From Gammaproteobacteria bacterium (GTDB taxonomy: Bacteria > Pseudomonadota > Gammaproteobacteria > JAJDYQ01): DNA of 64,000 nucleotides. Positions 40,849-52,776 of the stretch are shown here, in pieces (the stretch's first letter is position 1; the number at the start of each line of letters is the position of its first letter). A program made the translations under genes and the position numbers. The notes below the pieces were generated by a model. That model did no database searches and was not told the DNA's origin. It saw nothing but the letters and a program-made list of their open reading frames with translations. The stretch spans positions 1,583,363 through 1,647,362 of the forward strand of contig OZ243932.1 of assembly GCA_965214035.1 (NCBI GenBank). The letters run 5' to 3'.

Positions 40849-43704
40849 GTGGATACTCTCTCTCATTATAAGCAGTTTTCCGGCAATACTCCCTTGTATG
40901 GTGCCAATGGTGAATACATTGAGGCACTTTATGAGGATTATCTTCGTAATCCCGATTCCGTGCCCGATATCTGGCACGAGTATTTTTCCGGATTACCTCG
41001 CAGCCACGATGCCGAAGTGCCGCATTCCCCAATACGCGAAAACTTCAGGGGTCTTTCTTCAATGGTCAGGCCGCGTGGGCTGGCCGACAGCTATTGCTCC
41101 TTTCAAGCGGAGAAGCAGGCTTCGGTATTGCGCTATATCAATGCGCATCGAGTCAGGGGGCATCAACATGCCAATATTGATCCGTTAAGACTGCGTGACC
41201 GGGAAGATGTCCCCGACCTGGACCCTGCTTTCCATGGATTAACTCCGGCGGATTATTCACAGAAGTTTAATACCGGTTCACTGGTCGCCCCCAGTGAGCT
41301 GACGTTAAACGAAATACACAGCATTGTGCGCAAGGCTTATACGGACACCATCGGGTCCGAATATATGCACATCACCAGTACGAATGAGAAAAGATGGATA
41401 CAACAACGGCTTGAAGGAGGCATGGCGACGCTGGATGCCAGCAACGAGGATAAATACTGGTTACTGCGCATGCTGACCGCGGCTGAGGGTATTGAGCAGT
41501 ACCTGCATCGTAAATACGTAGGGCAGAAAAGATTTTCCCTTGAAGGCGGAGAGGGCCTTATCCCGTTGCTGGATGATCTGATTCAGAAGAGCGGCCAGTA
41601 TGGCGTTAAAGAGGTTGTTATCGGTATGGCACATCGTGGCCGCCTGAATGTGCTGATTAATATCCTGGGCAAGAATCCGGGCCGGCTGTTTTCGGAGTTT
41701 GAGGGTAAGCATGTCAATCAGCGTACCGGTTCCGGTGACGTTAAATATCATCAGGGATTTTCGTCAGATATTGATACGCCGGGCGGTGCTCTCCATCTGT
41801 CACTGGGTTTTAATCCCTCGCATCTGGAGATTGTTAATCCCGTCATTGAAGGTTCTGTACGAGCCCGGCAAGTGCGCCGGCATGATACCGAAGGCAATCA
41901 GGTGTTACCGGTATTAATACATGGCGATTCGGCATTTTCCGGGCAGGGCGTTATCATGGAGACATTGAATATGTCACAGGCGCGCGGCTACCATACCGGG
42001 GGTACAGTGCATATTGTCATTAATAATCAGATAGGCTTTACCACCAGCAATCCACTGGATACACGCTCCACGCTGTATTGTACCGATGTCGCCAAAATGA
42101 TTCAGGCACCCATTTTTCATGTCAATGGCGATGACCCTGAAGCCATTATATTTGTTACCCGTCTGGCACTGGATTTCCGCATGGCCTTTAATAAAGATGT
42201 GGTCATTGATATGGTCTGCTACCGGCGTCATGGACATAATGAGGCAGATGAACCGGCGGTGACCCAACCCATGATGTATAGAAATATCCGCAATCATCCC
42301 ACAACGCGCAAAATTTACGCTGATCAGCTGATTGCAGAAGGTGTCCTGGCCGAAGATGAGCCGCAAAAGATGGTTGATCTTTATCGGCAGGAACTAGAGG
42401 ATGGTAACATCGTGTCCCGGCCGATTATCGATGGCCTGACTAATCAGCATGCTGCTAACTGGCAGCGTTATTTCGGCAATAACTGGGATGTGCCCTATGA
42501 TCCGTCATTGACGCTCAATAAACTCAAGCAACTGCAATCCGCATTGCTGAGCTTCCCTGATGACCTGCAACTGCATCCAAGGGTCAAGCGCATCATGGAT
42601 GACCGCCGTAAAATGGTGGATGGTGAGCTGCCGGTTGATTGGGGGTGCGCAGAGAATCTGGCTTATGCGTCCCTGCTTGATGACGGTTTTCTGGTCAGAT
42701 TGTCCGGCCAGGACTGTGGTCGAGGTACGTTTTTTCATCGTCATGCAGTCATCCATAATCAGGCTGATCATTCAAGTTGGGTTCCATTACAGCATATACA
42801 TGAACACAGCGGACAGGAGCAGGGACAGTTCATTACTATTGACTCACTGCTGTCGGAAGAAGCCGTACTGGGATTCGAATACGGTTACGCAGCCACAGAA
42901 CCGCAGGGTTTGACTGTCTGGGAAGCCCAGTTTGGTGACTTCGCCAATGGTGCCCAAGTAGTCATTGATCAGTTTATCAGTGCGGCAGAAGTGAAGTGGA
43001 ACTTATTGTGCGGCCTGGTTTTGTTGCTGCCCCATGGCTATGAAGGACAGGGACCTGAGCATTCATCAGCACGGTTGGAGCGGTATCTGCATCTTTGCGC
43101 CGAGCATAATATGCAGGTCTGCATGCCTACCACCCCGGCACAGATTTATCATTTGTTGCGGCGCCAGATATTGCGGGATTACCGTAAACCACTGATTGTG
43201 ATGACACCAAAGTCCCTGCTGAGGCATAAAAGTGCCGTCTCGACACTTGCAGAGTTGGGTGCTGGCAAATTTCAAAATGTCATCGACGATAATGATGTGC
43301 AGAATGCTGACAAGATAACGCGCCTGATTCTGTGCGCGGGAAAAATCTACTATGATGTGCTGGACGCAAGGAAAGAAGATAAAATGGAGCATGTCGCTAT
43401 TGTGCGTCTGGAGCAGTTATATCCGTTTCCCCATGCTGACTTTATCCGTATGTTCGACCGCTACAAGAACGTTACCGAGGTAGTCTGGTGCCAGGAAGAG
43501 CCACAGAATCAGGGTGCCTGGTATCAGGTACAACATCGATTCAGAAAATATCTGGGCGATAATCAGCGACTACATTATGTCGGCAGGGAAGCATCCGCCT
43601 CGCCGGCAGTTGGCTATTATTCACTGCATGTTGAACAACAACAGACCGTTGTTCGTCAGGCATTGCATGGTAATCCTGTAAAACACACAAGGAAAAGCAT
43701 ATGA
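40849..43704 (+). CDS. sucA: 2-oxoglutarate dehydrogenase E1 component
   Basis: 951 aa with a GTG start. [23 protein letters not shown] resembles the E. coli SucA N-terminus. It is followed by sucB and lpdA. Confidence 0.93.
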   Translation: MDTLSHYKQFSGNTPLYGANGEYIEALYEDYLRNPDSVPDIWHEYFSGLPRSHDAEVPHSPIRENFRGLSSMVRPRGLADSYCSFQAEKQASVLRYINAHRVRGHQHANIDPLRLRDREDVPDLDPAFHGLTPADYSQKFNTGSLVAPSELTLNEIHSIVRKAYTDTIGSEYMHITSTNEKRWIQQRLEGGMATLDASNEDKYWLLRMLTAAEGIEQYLHRKYVGQKRFSLEGGEGLIPLLDDLIQKSGQYGVKEVVIGMAHRGRLNVLINILGKNPGRLFSEFEGKHVNQRTGSGDVKYHQGFSSDIDTPGGALHLSLGFNPSHLEIVNPVIEGSVRARQVRRHDTEGNQVLPVLIHGDSAFSGQGVIMETLNMSQARGYHTGGTVHIVINNQIGFTTSNPLDTRSTLYCTDVAKMIQAPIFHVNGDDPEAIIFVTRLALDFRMAFNKDVVIDMVCYRRHGHNEADEPAVTQPMMYRNIRNHPTTRKIYADQLIAEGVLAEDEPQKMVDLYRQELEDGNIVSRPIIDGLTNQHAANWQRYFGNNWDVPYDPSLTLNKLKQLQSALLSFPDDLQLHPRVKRIMDDRRKMVDGELPVDWGCAENLAYASLLDDGFLVRLSGQDCGRGTFFHRHAVIHNQADHSSWVPLQHIHEHSGQEQGQFITIDSLLSEEAVLGFEYGYAATEPQGLTVWEAQFGDFANGAQVVIDQFISAAEVKWNLLCGLVLLLPHGYEGQGPEHSSARLERYLHLCAEHNMQVCMPTTPAQIYHLLRRQILRDYRKPLIVMTPKSLLRHKSAVSTLAELGAGKFQNVIDDNDVQNADKITRLILCAGKIYYDVLDARKEDKMEHVAIVRLEQLYPFPHADFIRMFDRYKNVTEVVWCQEEPQNQGAWYQVQHRFRKYLGDNQRLHYVGREASASPAVGYYSLHVEQQQTVVRQALHGNPVKHTRKSI

Positions 43705-44897
43705 CTATTGAAGTAAAAACCCCCGAATTACCAGAGTCGGTTGCGGATGGCGTTCTGATTGAATGGCGTGTTTCCGTCGGACAGAGTGTTCAACGCGACG
43801 ATAATCTTGTTGAGCTTGAGACTGACAAGGTCGTGCTGGAAATTCCCGCACCGGATAGCGGTACAGTTAAGGAAATACTAAAACCAAATGGTGAAGTTGT
43901 GACCAGCGGCGATGTACTGGCCATACTGGAGCAGGGTGAAGTCATTGCTCCCGCCACCGAATTGCAAACAGCGCAGCAACCCGATATGACTAAAGCCACC
44001 GATGTGCCCATGAGCCCGGCAGTGAAAAAATTGATCGCTGATAATAAGCTGGAACCATCCCGAATCCACGGTTCCGGAAAATCAGGAAGAATTAACAAAC
44101 AGGATGTGTTGGAATACCTTGATAATGTATCTAAACCAGAAAATAATCCTGCACCCCCACAGGCTCGAACCATGACCGAAGAAGATATTATCAATGACCG
44201 TATGGAAGAGCGCGTTCCCATGACACGTTTGCGGGCGCGGGTTGCCGAGAGGCTTGTACAGTCTCAGCAAACGACTGCCACATTGACAACATTTAACGAG
44301 GTCAATATGGAACCGATCATTTCGCTGAGGTCAAAGTATCAGGATCAGTTTACCGATAAGCATGATGTTAAACTGGGATTTATGTCCTTTTTTGTAAAGG
44401 CATGTACAGAGGCATTAAAGCACTATCCGGTAGTTAACGCCTCGGTTGATGGTAGCGATATTATCTATCATGGTTTCTATGATATCGGCATTGCGGTCGG
44501 TTCGCCCCGTGGACTGGTGGTACCCATTCTTCGCAATACTGATGTGCTGTCTTTTGGTGACATAGAAAAGGCCATAAGGGATTTCGGGGTGCGCGCCCAG
44601 GATGGGAAGCTGGGACTGGATGAGCTCAGCGGTGGCACTTTCAGTATAACGAATGGAGGCATATATGGTTCCATGTTATCAACCCCGGTTATCAATCCGC
44701 CGCAAAGCGCCATTCTCGGAATGCACAACATTCAACAACGCGCCGTGGTAGAAAATGGTGAGATCGTCGTCAGGCCGATGATGTATCTCGCTCTCTCATA
44801 TGACCATCGGATTATTGATGGTCGCGAAGCAGTGCAGTTTCTTGTCAAGGTGAAGCAGTCTCTGGAAAATCCGGCAATTATGCTGCTGGCCTTGTAA
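43701..44897 (+). CDS. sucB: Dihydrolipoyllysine-residue succinyltransferase (E2o)
   Basis: Lipoyl domain ([14 protein letters not shown]), E3-binding [12 protein letters not shown], and catalytic DHRIIDG. ATGA overlap with sucA. Confidence 0.95.
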   Translation: MTIEVKTPELPESVADGVLIEWRVSVGQSVQRDDNLVELETDKVVLEIPAPDSGTVKEILKPNGEVVTSGDVLAILEQGEVIAPATELQTAQQPDMTKATDVPMSPAVKKLIADNKLEPSRIHGSGKSGRINKQDVLEYLDNVSKPENNPAPPQARTMTEEDIINDRMEERVPMTRLRARVAERLVQSQQTTATLTTFNEVNMEPIISLRSKYQDQFTDKHDVKLGFMSFFVKACTEALKHYPVVNASVDGSDIIYHGFYDIGIAVGSPRGLVVPILRNTDVLSFGDIEKAIRDFGVRAQDGKLGLDELSGGTFSITNGGIYGSMLSTPVINPPQSAILGMHNIQQRAVVENGEIVVRPMMYLALSYDHRIIDGREAVQFLVKVKQSLENPAIMLLAL

Positions 44898-44985
44898 CAA
44901 CTGCTGCAGGTATCGATTGATGATGCCGAAAATTCAGCCACCCCGGAATCATTGAAATTTACATTTTTATTATTGGATTAAATCA

Positions 44986-46431
44986 ATGTCATCTGACAGC
45001 GAACAATACGATGTGCTTGTCATCGGCGCCGGCCCTGCCGGTTACGTAGCAGCCATACGATGTGCCCAGCTTGGGTTGTCGGTTGCCGTTGTCGAAAAAT
45101 GGATCGGCCGGCAAGGTAATCCTGTGCTTGGCGGGACATGCCTTAATGTCGGATGTATTCCATCCAAGGCATTACTGGATTCTTCTGAACGCTACCATGA
45201 AATCAATCATGCGGTGTCAGCACATGGCATCAAGACAGGCAGGGTTTCCATGGATGTGCCGGCAATGCTGGCCAGGAAAGACAAAATTGTCCAACAGCTT
45301 ACCGGCGGCATAGAAGGCCTGTTCAAAGCAAATGGCATCCAATGGATCCAGGGCTATGGCAGACTGCTGGCCAATAAAAAAATAGCCGTAGTTAATCATG
45401 CCGGCGAAAGAACCGAATACCATGGGCACTCAATTATCCTCGCAAGCGGTTCTGTTCCCGTTGATATACCCGTGGTTCCAATTGATGGTCAACGAATTGT
45501 TGACTCATCGGGGGCGCTGGAATTTGAAGATGTTCCCAAACGACTTGCTGTTATCGGCGCAGGTGTTATCGGTCTTGAGTTGGGTAGTGTATGGAATCGT
45601 CTGGGTTCCGAGGTTATTATTCTTGAGGCGCTGGACAGCTTTTTACCGACGACTGACCAGCAGGTTAGTCGCGAAGCCATGAAACAATTCAAGTCTCAGG
45701 GGCTGGATATTCGACTGTCAGCCAAAGTAACAAGCAGCAAGGCAACCCAAAAAGAGATAACGCTGACTTATGAAAGTGCCCAAGGAAAACAGAAGCTGCC
45801 GGTTGATCGTGTGCTTGTAGCAGTCGGGCGCCGCCCGAATACTCATGATCTGATCGATGAGTCTATTGAGCTAAAGCGGGATGAAAGGGGGTTTATTGAT
45901 ATTGACTGTAACCTTATGACCTCTGTCACAGATGTCTATGCCATTGGTGATTGTGTGCAGGGGCCCATGCTGGCACACAAAGGTTCGGAAGAAGGTATTG
46001 CTGTTGCCGAAGTGATTGCCGGGCAAAGTGCCTCGATTGACCACAATCTAATACCATGGGTGATATATACAGAACCTGAGATTGCCTGGGTTGGAATGTC
46101 CGAGCAACAGGCGAAAAAGTCCGGTGTTAATTATAAAAAGGGAATGTTTCCCTATGCAGCAACGGGACGCGCTCTGGCGGTCAATGCTCCGGCAGGATTT
46201 GTTAAAGTTATCGCCGAGGCCGATACAGACCGTGTTATCGGCGCTCATATTATCGGTCGCAGTGCTTCCGAGCTAATTGCAGAGGCCGTCACTGTAATGG
46301 CATTTGCAGGCAGTGCTGAGGACATCGCCAGAACCGTACATGCACATCCGACACTTTCTGAGGCACTGCATGAAGCCGCACTGGATGCAGATAATCTGGC
46401 AATCCACAAAGCAGCTCCGAAAAAGCGCTAA
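44986..46431 (+). CDS. lpdA: Dihydrolipoyl dehydrogenase (E3)
   Basis: GAGPAGY, the redox-active GGTCLNVGCIPSK, and a C-terminal HAHPTLSE. Confidence 0.95.
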   Translation: MSSDSEQYDVLVIGAGPAGYVAAIRCAQLGLSVAVVEKWIGRQGNPVLGGTCLNVGCIPSKALLDSSERYHEINHAVSAHGIKTGRVSMDVPAMLARKDKIVQQLTGGIEGLFKANGIQWIQGYGRLLANKKIAVVNHAGERTEYHGHSIILASGSVPVDIPVVPIDGQRIVDSSGALEFEDVPKRLAVIGAGVIGLELGSVWNRLGSEVIILEALDSFLPTTDQQVSREAMKQFKSQGLDIRLSAKVTSSKATQKEITLTYESAQGKQKLPVDRVLVAVGRRPNTHDLIDESIELKRDERGFIDIDCNLMTSVTDVYAIGDCVQGPMLAHKGSEEGIAVAEVIAGQSASIDHNLIPWVIYTEPEIAWVGMSEQQAKKSGVNYKKGMFPYAATGRALAVNAPAGFVKVIAEADTDRVIGAHIIGRSASELIAEAVTVMAFAGSAEDIARTVHAHPTLSEALHEAALDADNLAIHKAAPKKR

Positions 46432-46514
46432 CCACTGATAATTGATGTGTCCGATTAGCTCTCTGAACCAGGGTATGCTAACCTTCGGCCGATACATATA
46501 AGATAGATGCCATT

Positions 46515-47243
46515 GTGAAATTACAATATTTTTCAGACATTCACCTTGAGTTCGGCAATCTGCCTCTGGCTCCAACAGATGCTGATGTCATCGTTGCGGC
46601 GGGAGATATCGGCGTAGGGCTTGATGGTATCCGCTGGCTGACCGGCTTTAACAGGCCGGTGATTTATGTACTGGGAAACCATGAGTACTGGGGGCAGGAC
46701 TATGCTGCCTTTATTGATCAGGTCTGCCAGGAGAGCAGCGGCACCAATGTTTATTTTCTGGAAAACGAAAGTGTCACTATCGACGGTGTAAGATTCCTTG
46801 GTTGCAGCTTATGGACAGATTATGGTCGCGAGAATGCGCACATTATGAATGCCGCACGGAAAAGCATGAATGATTTTCGTTACATATTGGATAATGGTCA
46901 GCCTCTTGAACCGCCCCGATTGCTGGAAGCACACAAACAGTCGGTAAGCTGGCTGACCCAATCATTAAAACAGCCGTTCACAGGCCAAAGTGTCGTGGTT
47001 ACCCATCATGCGCCATCAATGAGAAGCTGGCATCGAGATGCTGCCGATAACTACCGTTTTTGTTATTGTTCAAACTTGGAAAATCTGTTGCGAGATACCC
47101 AGCCCGATCTTTGGATACATGGCCATACTCATCATGCGCAGGACTATACAGTCAATGGTGTACGTATTTTATGTAACCCGCGGGGTTACTTTAATCATGA
47201 AGAAGTCGATGGCTTTGTTCCGGCAAAGTCTATCGAGATTTAG
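46515..47243 (+). CDS. Metallophosphoesterase family protein
   Basis: SDIHLE, GDIG, GNHEYW, VVTHHAP and GHTHH are the calcineurin-like phosphoesterase motifs. GTG start. Confidence 0.7.
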   Translation: MKLQYFSDIHLEFGNLPLAPTDADVIVAAGDIGVGLDGIRWLTGFNRPVIYVLGNHEYWGQDYAAFIDQVCQESSGTNVYFLENESVTIDGVRFLGCSLWTDYGRENAHIMNAARKSMNDFRYILDNGQPLEPPRLLEAHKQSVSWLTQSLKQPFTGQSVVVTHHAPSMRSWHRDAADNYRFCYCSNLENLLRDTQPDLWIHGHTHHAQDYTVNGVRILCNPRGYFNHEEVDGFVPAKSIEI

Positions 47244-47274
47244 GACATCCCCGCCTTAACCGGTGTTTCCCAGA

Positions 47275-47784
47275 CTAACGATAAGGGCGCCTGAACAGCA
47301 CATAAAGCGCACCATTTCCACCATGCTTCGGTAATGCCGGGCAGTAGGCCAGAACTTCCGGCATTTCCTTCAGCCAGACCGGCACGCTATACCTCAGTAC
47401 CGCCTGACCTCCAGACTGCAATCCTTTCCCATGAATAATCAAGGCACACCGGATGCCCTGACACTGTGCAGAATCAATGAATCGCTCCAGCCTGTCAAGG
47501 GCAACCTCCCTGTTCATGCTATGCAGGTCAAGGGTTTCCTGGGTCGGTATCCGACCACGCCTTAACTCTCGAAAACGTTTATCCTGCAGGCCACCTCTCC
47601 GCCATTCGTTTTCGGCACATGGCGATGGATATGAAGAAACCGGTGCTTTTATATCCCGTCTTTCCAACGGCTTGGGGACAGGGGGCGGCCTAGGCGCAAG
47701 ATGCCCAACGCGGTCATTATGGATGGGCTTAATATCACTCACATACTTCCTGAACAATGTGTTATCGTCATTTGTGTCACTCAT
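47275..47784 (-). CDS. Smr domain protein (SmrA/YdaL-like endonuclease)
   Basis: LDLHSMNREVALDRLERFI...ALIIHGKG...GGNGALYVLF resembles E. coli SmrA. ATG 47784. Confidence 0.75.
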   Translation of the reverse strand: MSDTNDDNTLFRKYVSDIKPIHNDRVGHLAPRPPPVPKPLERRDIKAPVSSYPSPCAENEWRRGGLQDKRFRELRRGRIPTQETLDLHSMNREVALDRLERFIDSAQCQGIRCALIIHGKGLQSGGQAVLRYSVPVWLKEMPEVLAYCPALPKHGGNGALYVLFRRPYR

Positions 47785-47847
47785 TGGGTTATCGCCAGTT
47801 CCGCACACATGCGGTATAGTATCATGCTTTTCCAGAACGGTAAAAAA

Positions 47848-48603
47848 GTGCGCATCCTTTTAAGCAATGATGACGGCTATCAGGCACCGGGTATCCGTGT
47901 TTTATTTGAAAGGCTTGTGGTTAAGCATCATGTCACTATGGTGGCACCTGATCGGGATCGCAGTGGTGCCAGTAACTCGCTTACACTGGATCGACCGTTG
48001 ATGGCCGTGCAGACAGAACCTGGCATTTACCGGGTCAATGGCACACCAACAGACTGCGTACATCTGGCCATCACCGGTTTATTTGAGCAGGAACCGGATA
48101 TAGTGATTTCCGGTATTAACGCGGGACCTAATCTTGGGGATGATGTTTTATATTCGGGCACTGTTGCTGCAGCAATGGAAGGAAGGTTTCTCGGCTATCC
48201 CGCCATAGCCGCATCATCCGGGTCATTCGCACCCAATCATCTGGATTCTGCCGCAGAGCTTGTTGTTGACATGATTGACAGATTGTTATGCGAACCATTA
48301 CCTGGAAACATGATATTAAATATCAATATCCCGGATTTACCACGAGAAAGGATGGGAGACTTTGCTGTAACCCGCCTAGGCAGCCGACATAAGGCCGAAC
48401 CGGCTGTCAAGGCACAGAATCCACGCGGTGAGTCGATATACTGGGTTGGTTCTCCCGGCCCGGAGCAGGACGCCGGAGAGGGTACTGACTTTTACGCCAT
48501 GCAGAATAATTGTCCCACAATAACACCGTTACATGCGGATTTAACATATCATCGATCCATGGATCGGCTCTGGGTCTGGATGCAGAATCGTGGTTCTCGA
48601 TAA
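47848..48603 (+). CDS. surE: 5'/3'-nucleotidase SurE
   Basis: (M)RILLSNDDGYQAPGIRVL matches the E. coli SurE N-terminus. GTG 47848 was chosen by homology, with ATG 47824 as an alternative. surE-pcm-nlpD-rpoS synteny. Confidence 0.9.
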   Translation: MRILLSNDDGYQAPGIRVLFERLVVKHHVTMVAPDRDRSGASNSLTLDRPLMAVQTEPGIYRVNGTPTDCVHLAITGLFEQEPDIVISGINAGPNLGDDVLYSGTVAAAMEGRFLGYPAIAASSGSFAPNHLDSAAELVVDMIDRLLCEPLPGNMILNINIPDLPRERMGDFAVTRLGSRHKAEPAVKAQNPRGESIYWVGSPGPEQDAGEGTDFYAMQNNCPTITPLHADLTYHRSMDRLWVWMQNRGSR

Positions 48604-48625
48604 TATACTGCACCGGGGCGTGGGC

Positions 48626-49261
48626 ATGACTTCCCAGCGCGCACGGGATCGTCTAGTTGTACGACTGCGCGAAAAGGGAATTCGGCACCCCGCTGTTTTG
48701 AAAGCGATAGCCCGCACTCCACGTCACCTGTTCGTTGATGAAGCACTGTCTCATCGCGCCTATGAAGATAATGCGTTACCAATCGGAAACGGTCAGACCA
48801 TTTCCCAACCCTATATCGTAGCACGAATGACGGAAGCAATCCTGGAGGATGGCATACCTGGTCGGGTACTGGAAGTTGGCACCGGGTCAGGCTATCAGGC
48901 GACGATTCTCTCCCACATTGTACCGGCAGTCTTCAGTGTAGAACGGATAAGGGAACTGCTGGTACAGGCCAAAAAACGATTCAGGGAGCTGAAGATCAGT
49001 AATATAATGGCCAAGCACAGCGATGGAACCATAGGCTGGCCACAAACCGAACCCTATAATGCTATTATCATTACCGCAGCACCTGAAATGATACCGGATT
49101 CTTTATTAGAGCAGCTTTCAATCGGCGGGCGGATGATCGTACCCGTAGGCCAGGATCGTTCGATGCAGAAACTGCAAAGCATTTTACGCACGGAGGACAG
49201 CTACGAAAGCCAGGTACTTGAGACCGTATCCTTTGTCCCCTTCCGCAGCGGAAAAGCCTGA
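48626..49261 (+). CDS. pcm: Protein-L-isoaspartate O-methyltransferase
   Basis: QTISQPYIVARMTE...VLEVGTGSGYQA. Confidence 0.93.
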   Translation: MTSQRARDRLVVRLREKGIRHPAVLKAIARTPRHLFVDEALSHRAYEDNALPIGNGQTISQPYIVARMTEAILEDGIPGRVLEVGTGSGYQATILSHIVPAVFSVERIRELLVQAKKRFRELKISNIMAKHSDGTIGWPQTEPYNAIIITAAPEMIPDSLLEQLSIGGRMIVPVGQDRSMQKLQSILRTEDSYESQVLETVSFVPFRSGKA

Positions 49262-49836
49262 TGAAGTTATTTACCCGTTTATATGATTTAAGCCTGAAAT
49301 GGGCGGCACACCGGCATGCAAGCTATTATCTCGGCGGATTAAGTTTTGCCGAGTCGTCATTTTTTCCTGTCCCTCCGGATGTCATGCTGGCCCCCATGAC
49401 ACTGGCAAAACCACATAAAGGAATTGGCTATGCGCTGCTGACAACGATTGCCTCAGTCCTGGGGGGATTATTCGGATATCTGGTCGGCTACTTCGCCTAT
49501 GAGCTGGTAGAGCCTGTGATCGTCCGATTCGGCTATCTTGAACGCTTTCAAATGGCTCAACAATGGTTTAAGGAGTGGGGTTTCTGGATCGTGCTGATCG
49601 CCGGTTTCTCACCAATCCCATATAAAGTTTTCACGATTGCTGCCGGCACTCTCTCATTGTTTCTGCCGGTTTTTCTGTTAGCGTCATTAATAGGTCGAGG
49701 CTCCCGGTTTTTCCTGGTTGCGGGGTTAATTATATGGGGGGGCGAGCGTTTTGAACACAAATTGAGGCAATATATCGAATGGCTGGGCTGGTTCATGGTG
49801 GCGCTCATAATTGCGGCAATAGCTTACTGGCAATAG
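49261..49836 (+). CDS. YqaA/DedA-type (SNARE-associated) inner membrane protein
   Basis: 191 aa, multi-TM, with ESSFFPVPPDVML. TGATG overlap with pcm. Confidence 0.7.
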   Translation: MKLFTRLYDLSLKWAAHRHASYYLGGLSFAESSFFPVPPDVMLAPMTLAKPHKGIGYALLTTIASVLGGLFGYLVGYFAYELVEPVIVRFGYLERFQMAQQWFKEWGFWIVLIAGFSPIPYKVFTIAAGTLSLFLPVFLLASLIGRGSRFFLVAGLIIWGGERFEHKLRQYIEWLGWFMVALIIAAIAYWQ

Positions 49837-49875
49837 GAGAATAAAGCTATACATGCATTAATATACATTTTATTA

Positions 49876-50607
49876 TTGGTGCTGGTTGTCGCCTGCAGCG
49901 ACAAAAACCGGATAGCGCCTGTCTCTGAACGAAAAGTAGGCATACCACAGGTATCGAAACCTGTCAGCCGAACCACACCCGGCTGGGTAACAGTAAAAAA
50001 GGGAGATACCTTATATTCGATATCATTTGCCTATGGCGAGGACTTTAAGTCCATTGCCAGAATAAATAACATACGCCCTCCCTATACGATATACCCAGAA
50101 CAGCGACTGCGGCTTAAACCGGAGCCAACTATCGGCATCAAGCCCCCCCCTCCCATCAACACAATGATAAAGAAGCAAAAGCCATCAAACACATCGCCCA
50201 CAAAGAAAAGCAGTAAGGCAATCAGGACAGACCATCGCATTCAGTGGCACTGGCCTATTTCGGGCAGGATACTGCGCGGCTATTCTTCCAAGGCACCCCG
50301 AAAAAAAGGAATTGGTATCACAGGTGCAAAAAATCAAATAGTCCAATCGGCAGCGAATGGCAAAGTGGTCTATTCTGGTGACAGTCTGCCTGGCTATGGT
50401 AATCTTATTATTGTAAAACATAACGAAATCTACTTGAGTGCCTATGCCCATAACAGTAAGGTATATGTCAGGGAAGGACAGGAAGTAAAAGCCGGGCAGA
50501 AAATCGCTCTGATGGGAGTTAATGAAAGAGATACACCAATGCTGCATTTTGAAATCCGAAAAAACGGCAAACCGACGAATCCACTGAGGTATCTGCCTAA
50601 ACGTTAG
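49876..50607 (+). CDS. nlpD: Murein hydrolase activator NlpD (LysM + M23 peptidase lipoprotein); start codon unresolved
   Basis: LysM domain (VTVKKGDTLYSISFAYGEDFKSIARINNI), M23 domain (GIGITG...GYGNLIIVKHN..YLSAYAHN), and a position before rpoS. The in-frame sequence upstream of TTG 49876 encodes the rest of a lipoprotein signal but has no ATG/GTG/TTG. Confidence 0.85.
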   Translation: MVLVVACSDKNRIAPVSERKVGIPQVSKPVSRTTPGWVTVKKGDTLYSISFAYGEDFKSIARINNIRPPYTIYPEQRLRLKPEPTIGIKPPPPINTMIKKQKPSNTSPTKKSSKAIRTDHRIQWHWPISGRILRGYSSKAPRKKGIGITGAKNQIVQSAANGKVVYSGDSLPGYGNLIIVKHNEIYLSAYAHNSKVYVREGQEVKAGQKIALMGVNERDTPMLHFEIRKNGKPTNPLRYLPKR

Positions 50608-50688
50608 TCATGCAACAACTTTGACTTTATTACAGCAGAATAAACCAGACTTACTAATACAAACCCATACAAACAGTATGACGCTACC

Positions 50689-51624
50689 ATGAGAAATGAA
50701 GAAGAAAGCAAGCAGGTTTTTTTTGATCCATCCTCTGAGGTTGCCTCTGGAGTTAAAAAAAATAATGGTACCGTGAATAAACTCACAGACAGTGAGCCTA
50801 ACGTTACACGACTGTATCTGCATGAAATCGGATATCCCTCTCTACTCACAGCTGAGGAAGAAGTCCATTATGCACGCCTCACCCAAAAGGGCGATCAATC
50901 TGCCAGAGCCAGAATGATTGAGGGCAACCTCAGGCTGGTTGTCAGGATAGCGCGACGTTACATGAACCGGGGATTGTCCCTGCTGGATTTAATCGAAGAA
51001 GGAAATCTGGGGCTTATTCGTGGCGTGGAGAAGTTCGACCCTGAAAGAGGTTTTCGCTTTTCAACTTATGCGACCTGGTGGATACGGCAAACCATAGAGC
51101 GCGCGATCATGAACCAAACTCGCACGGTTCGCCTGCCTGTTCATGTCATTAAGGAAGCCAACATGTATGCCAAAGTGGTTCGCGGTTTATCCAGAAATCT
51201 GAACAGGGAACCGAACCTCCAGGAAATTGCGCAGTATATGGGTAAGCCCGTTAAGGATGTGAAGAAAATACTCAACCTTAACGAACGGATAAGCTCGATG
51301 GACATACCAATAAGCTCGGAAAACAGCAAGCCGATTGTCGATATGATCGAAGATCACAACATCAAGGATCCCTCAAAAGCTCTGCAGAATGAAGATATTA
51401 ATAACCACCTTGAACAATGGGTGTTACTCCTGGGTGAAAAACAGCGCGAAGTGCTCAGGCGCCGATTTGGTCTGCATGGCTATGAAAAATCGACTCTGGA
51501 AGAAGTCGGTCAGAGTATTGGCGTAACCCGTGAACGAGTACGCCAAATTCAAATAGATGCCCTGCAGCAGTTGCGCCATATATTGGAAAAAGAAGGCCTG
51601 AATCTGGAAGCCTTGATGGAATGA
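50689..51624 (+). CDS. rpoS: RNA polymerase sigma factor RpoS
   Basis: Region 2 ([34 protein letters not shown]) and region 4 ([19 protein letters not shown]). Located downstream of nlpD. Confidence 0.93.
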   Translation: MRNEEESKQVFFDPSSEVASGVKKNNGTVNKLTDSEPNVTRLYLHEIGYPSLLTAEEEVHYARLTQKGDQSARARMIEGNLRLVVRIARRYMNRGLSLLDLIEEGNLGLIRGVEKFDPERGFRFSTYATWWIRQTIERAIMNQTRTVRLPVHVIKEANMYAKVVRGLSRNLNREPNLQEIAQYMGKPVKDVKKILNLNERISSMDIPISSENSKPIVDMIEDHNIKDPSKALQNEDINNHLEQWVLLLGEKQREVLRRRFGLHGYEKSTLEEVGQSIGVTRERVRQIQIDALQQLRHILEKEGLNLEALME

Positions 51625-51659
51625 AGTCAGACTCATTCCACTGGCAGGCTGTGCAAAAA

Positions 51660-52739
51660 TCAGTTCTGTTCGGCTGCTGACTCAAGCTCCATCAAAAGCC
51701 GACCGACAGGGCCGGGCATCCCTATCTTCGATAATTCCTGAAAGCGATACCACTGTTGTCCAGGTTCCTGAACTCTGCTCTGTATGGTCAGTGTGTCGAT
51801 GAGCCACGGCTCAACCTGAAGTCGAAAATGCGAAAAGGTATGATTAAAGCTGCGGACTTTTTCAATTGTTTTAACAGTCACACCATACCGGCTAGCCAAT
51901 AACTCTTCCACCTCCTTGCTGGACAACATGACATCAACTTCCGGGAGACTCCACAGCCCACCCCAAATACCTGCGGGTGGCCGTTTTTCCAAAAGAATTT
52001 TTTTCTTGCTGCGCAGGATCATCATGCGAATCGATTTTAGGGGGGGTCTCTTTTTCGGTTTCCTGCCTGGAATCTTCTCGATCAATCCTTGCCTCCGGGC
52101 CTGACAGGATTCACACAGGGGACAATAGATACATGCAGGCCGCTGACGCAGGCAGATAAGCGCCCCCAGATCCATGATTGCCTGCGCATAATCATCAGAT
52201 CGGTGATTCGGTGTAGATTGTTCGGCCAATTTCCATAGTTGCCTCGCGACAGCAGTCTGGCCCGGCCACCCTTCTATAGCAGCATATCGACTCAAAACAC
52301 GTTTGACATTGCCGTCCAGAATAATGCCCCGCTTACCAAATGCCTGAGCTAATATAGCTCCTGCGGTAGAGCGACCGATGCCTGGCAAGGCTTGCAGGTC
52401 GTCAAGATTATCAGGGAGATTACCCTGGTATTTGTCCACAATATGTATCGCGCAACGATGCAGGTTTCTGGCTCTGGCATAGTATCCTAGTCCGGCCCAG
52501 TACGACATCACCTCGTCATTAGCCGCATCGGCAAGAGAATACACATTCGGAAAGCGTTGTATGAATTTTTCAAAATACGGAATGACCGTGCCCACTTGGG
52601 TCTGCTGTAACATGATCTCCGAAACCCAGACATGATATGGTGTTTTTTGTCGCTGCCAGGGCAGCCCCCGGCGCCCGTGCTTATCAAACCAGGCAAGAAC
52701 TTTCTCGCCAAATTCTTCGTATTCCATTGAGAGACTCAC
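51660..52739 (-). CDS. mutY: A/G-specific adenine DNA glycosylase
   Basis: LPWQ..KTPYHVWVSEIMLQQTQV, HhH-GPD (LPGIGRSTAGAI), the 4Fe-4S cluster motif C..C.LC.SC, and a NUDIX-like C-terminus. Confidence 0.93.
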   Translation of the reverse strand: MSLSMEYEEFGEKVLAWFDKHGRRGLPWQRQKTPYHVWVSEIMLQQTQVGTVIPYFEKFIQRFPNVYSLADAANDEVMSYWAGLGYYARARNLHRCAIHIVDKYQGNLPDNLDDLQALPGIGRSTAGAILAQAFGKRGIILDGNVKRVLSRYAAIEGWPGQTAVARQLWKLAEQSTPNHRSDDYAQAIMDLGALICLRQRPACIYCPLCESCQARRQGLIEKIPGRKPKKRPPLKSIRMMILRSKKKILLEKRPPAGIWGGLWSLPEVDVMLSSKEVEELLASRYGVTVKTIEKVRSFNHTFSHFRLQVEPWLIDTLTIQSRVQEPGQQWYRFQELSKIGMPGPVGRLLMELESAAEQN

Positions 52740-52776
52740 CTCTCGATACCCAATTCACGCCTCGACGGATTCCTGC

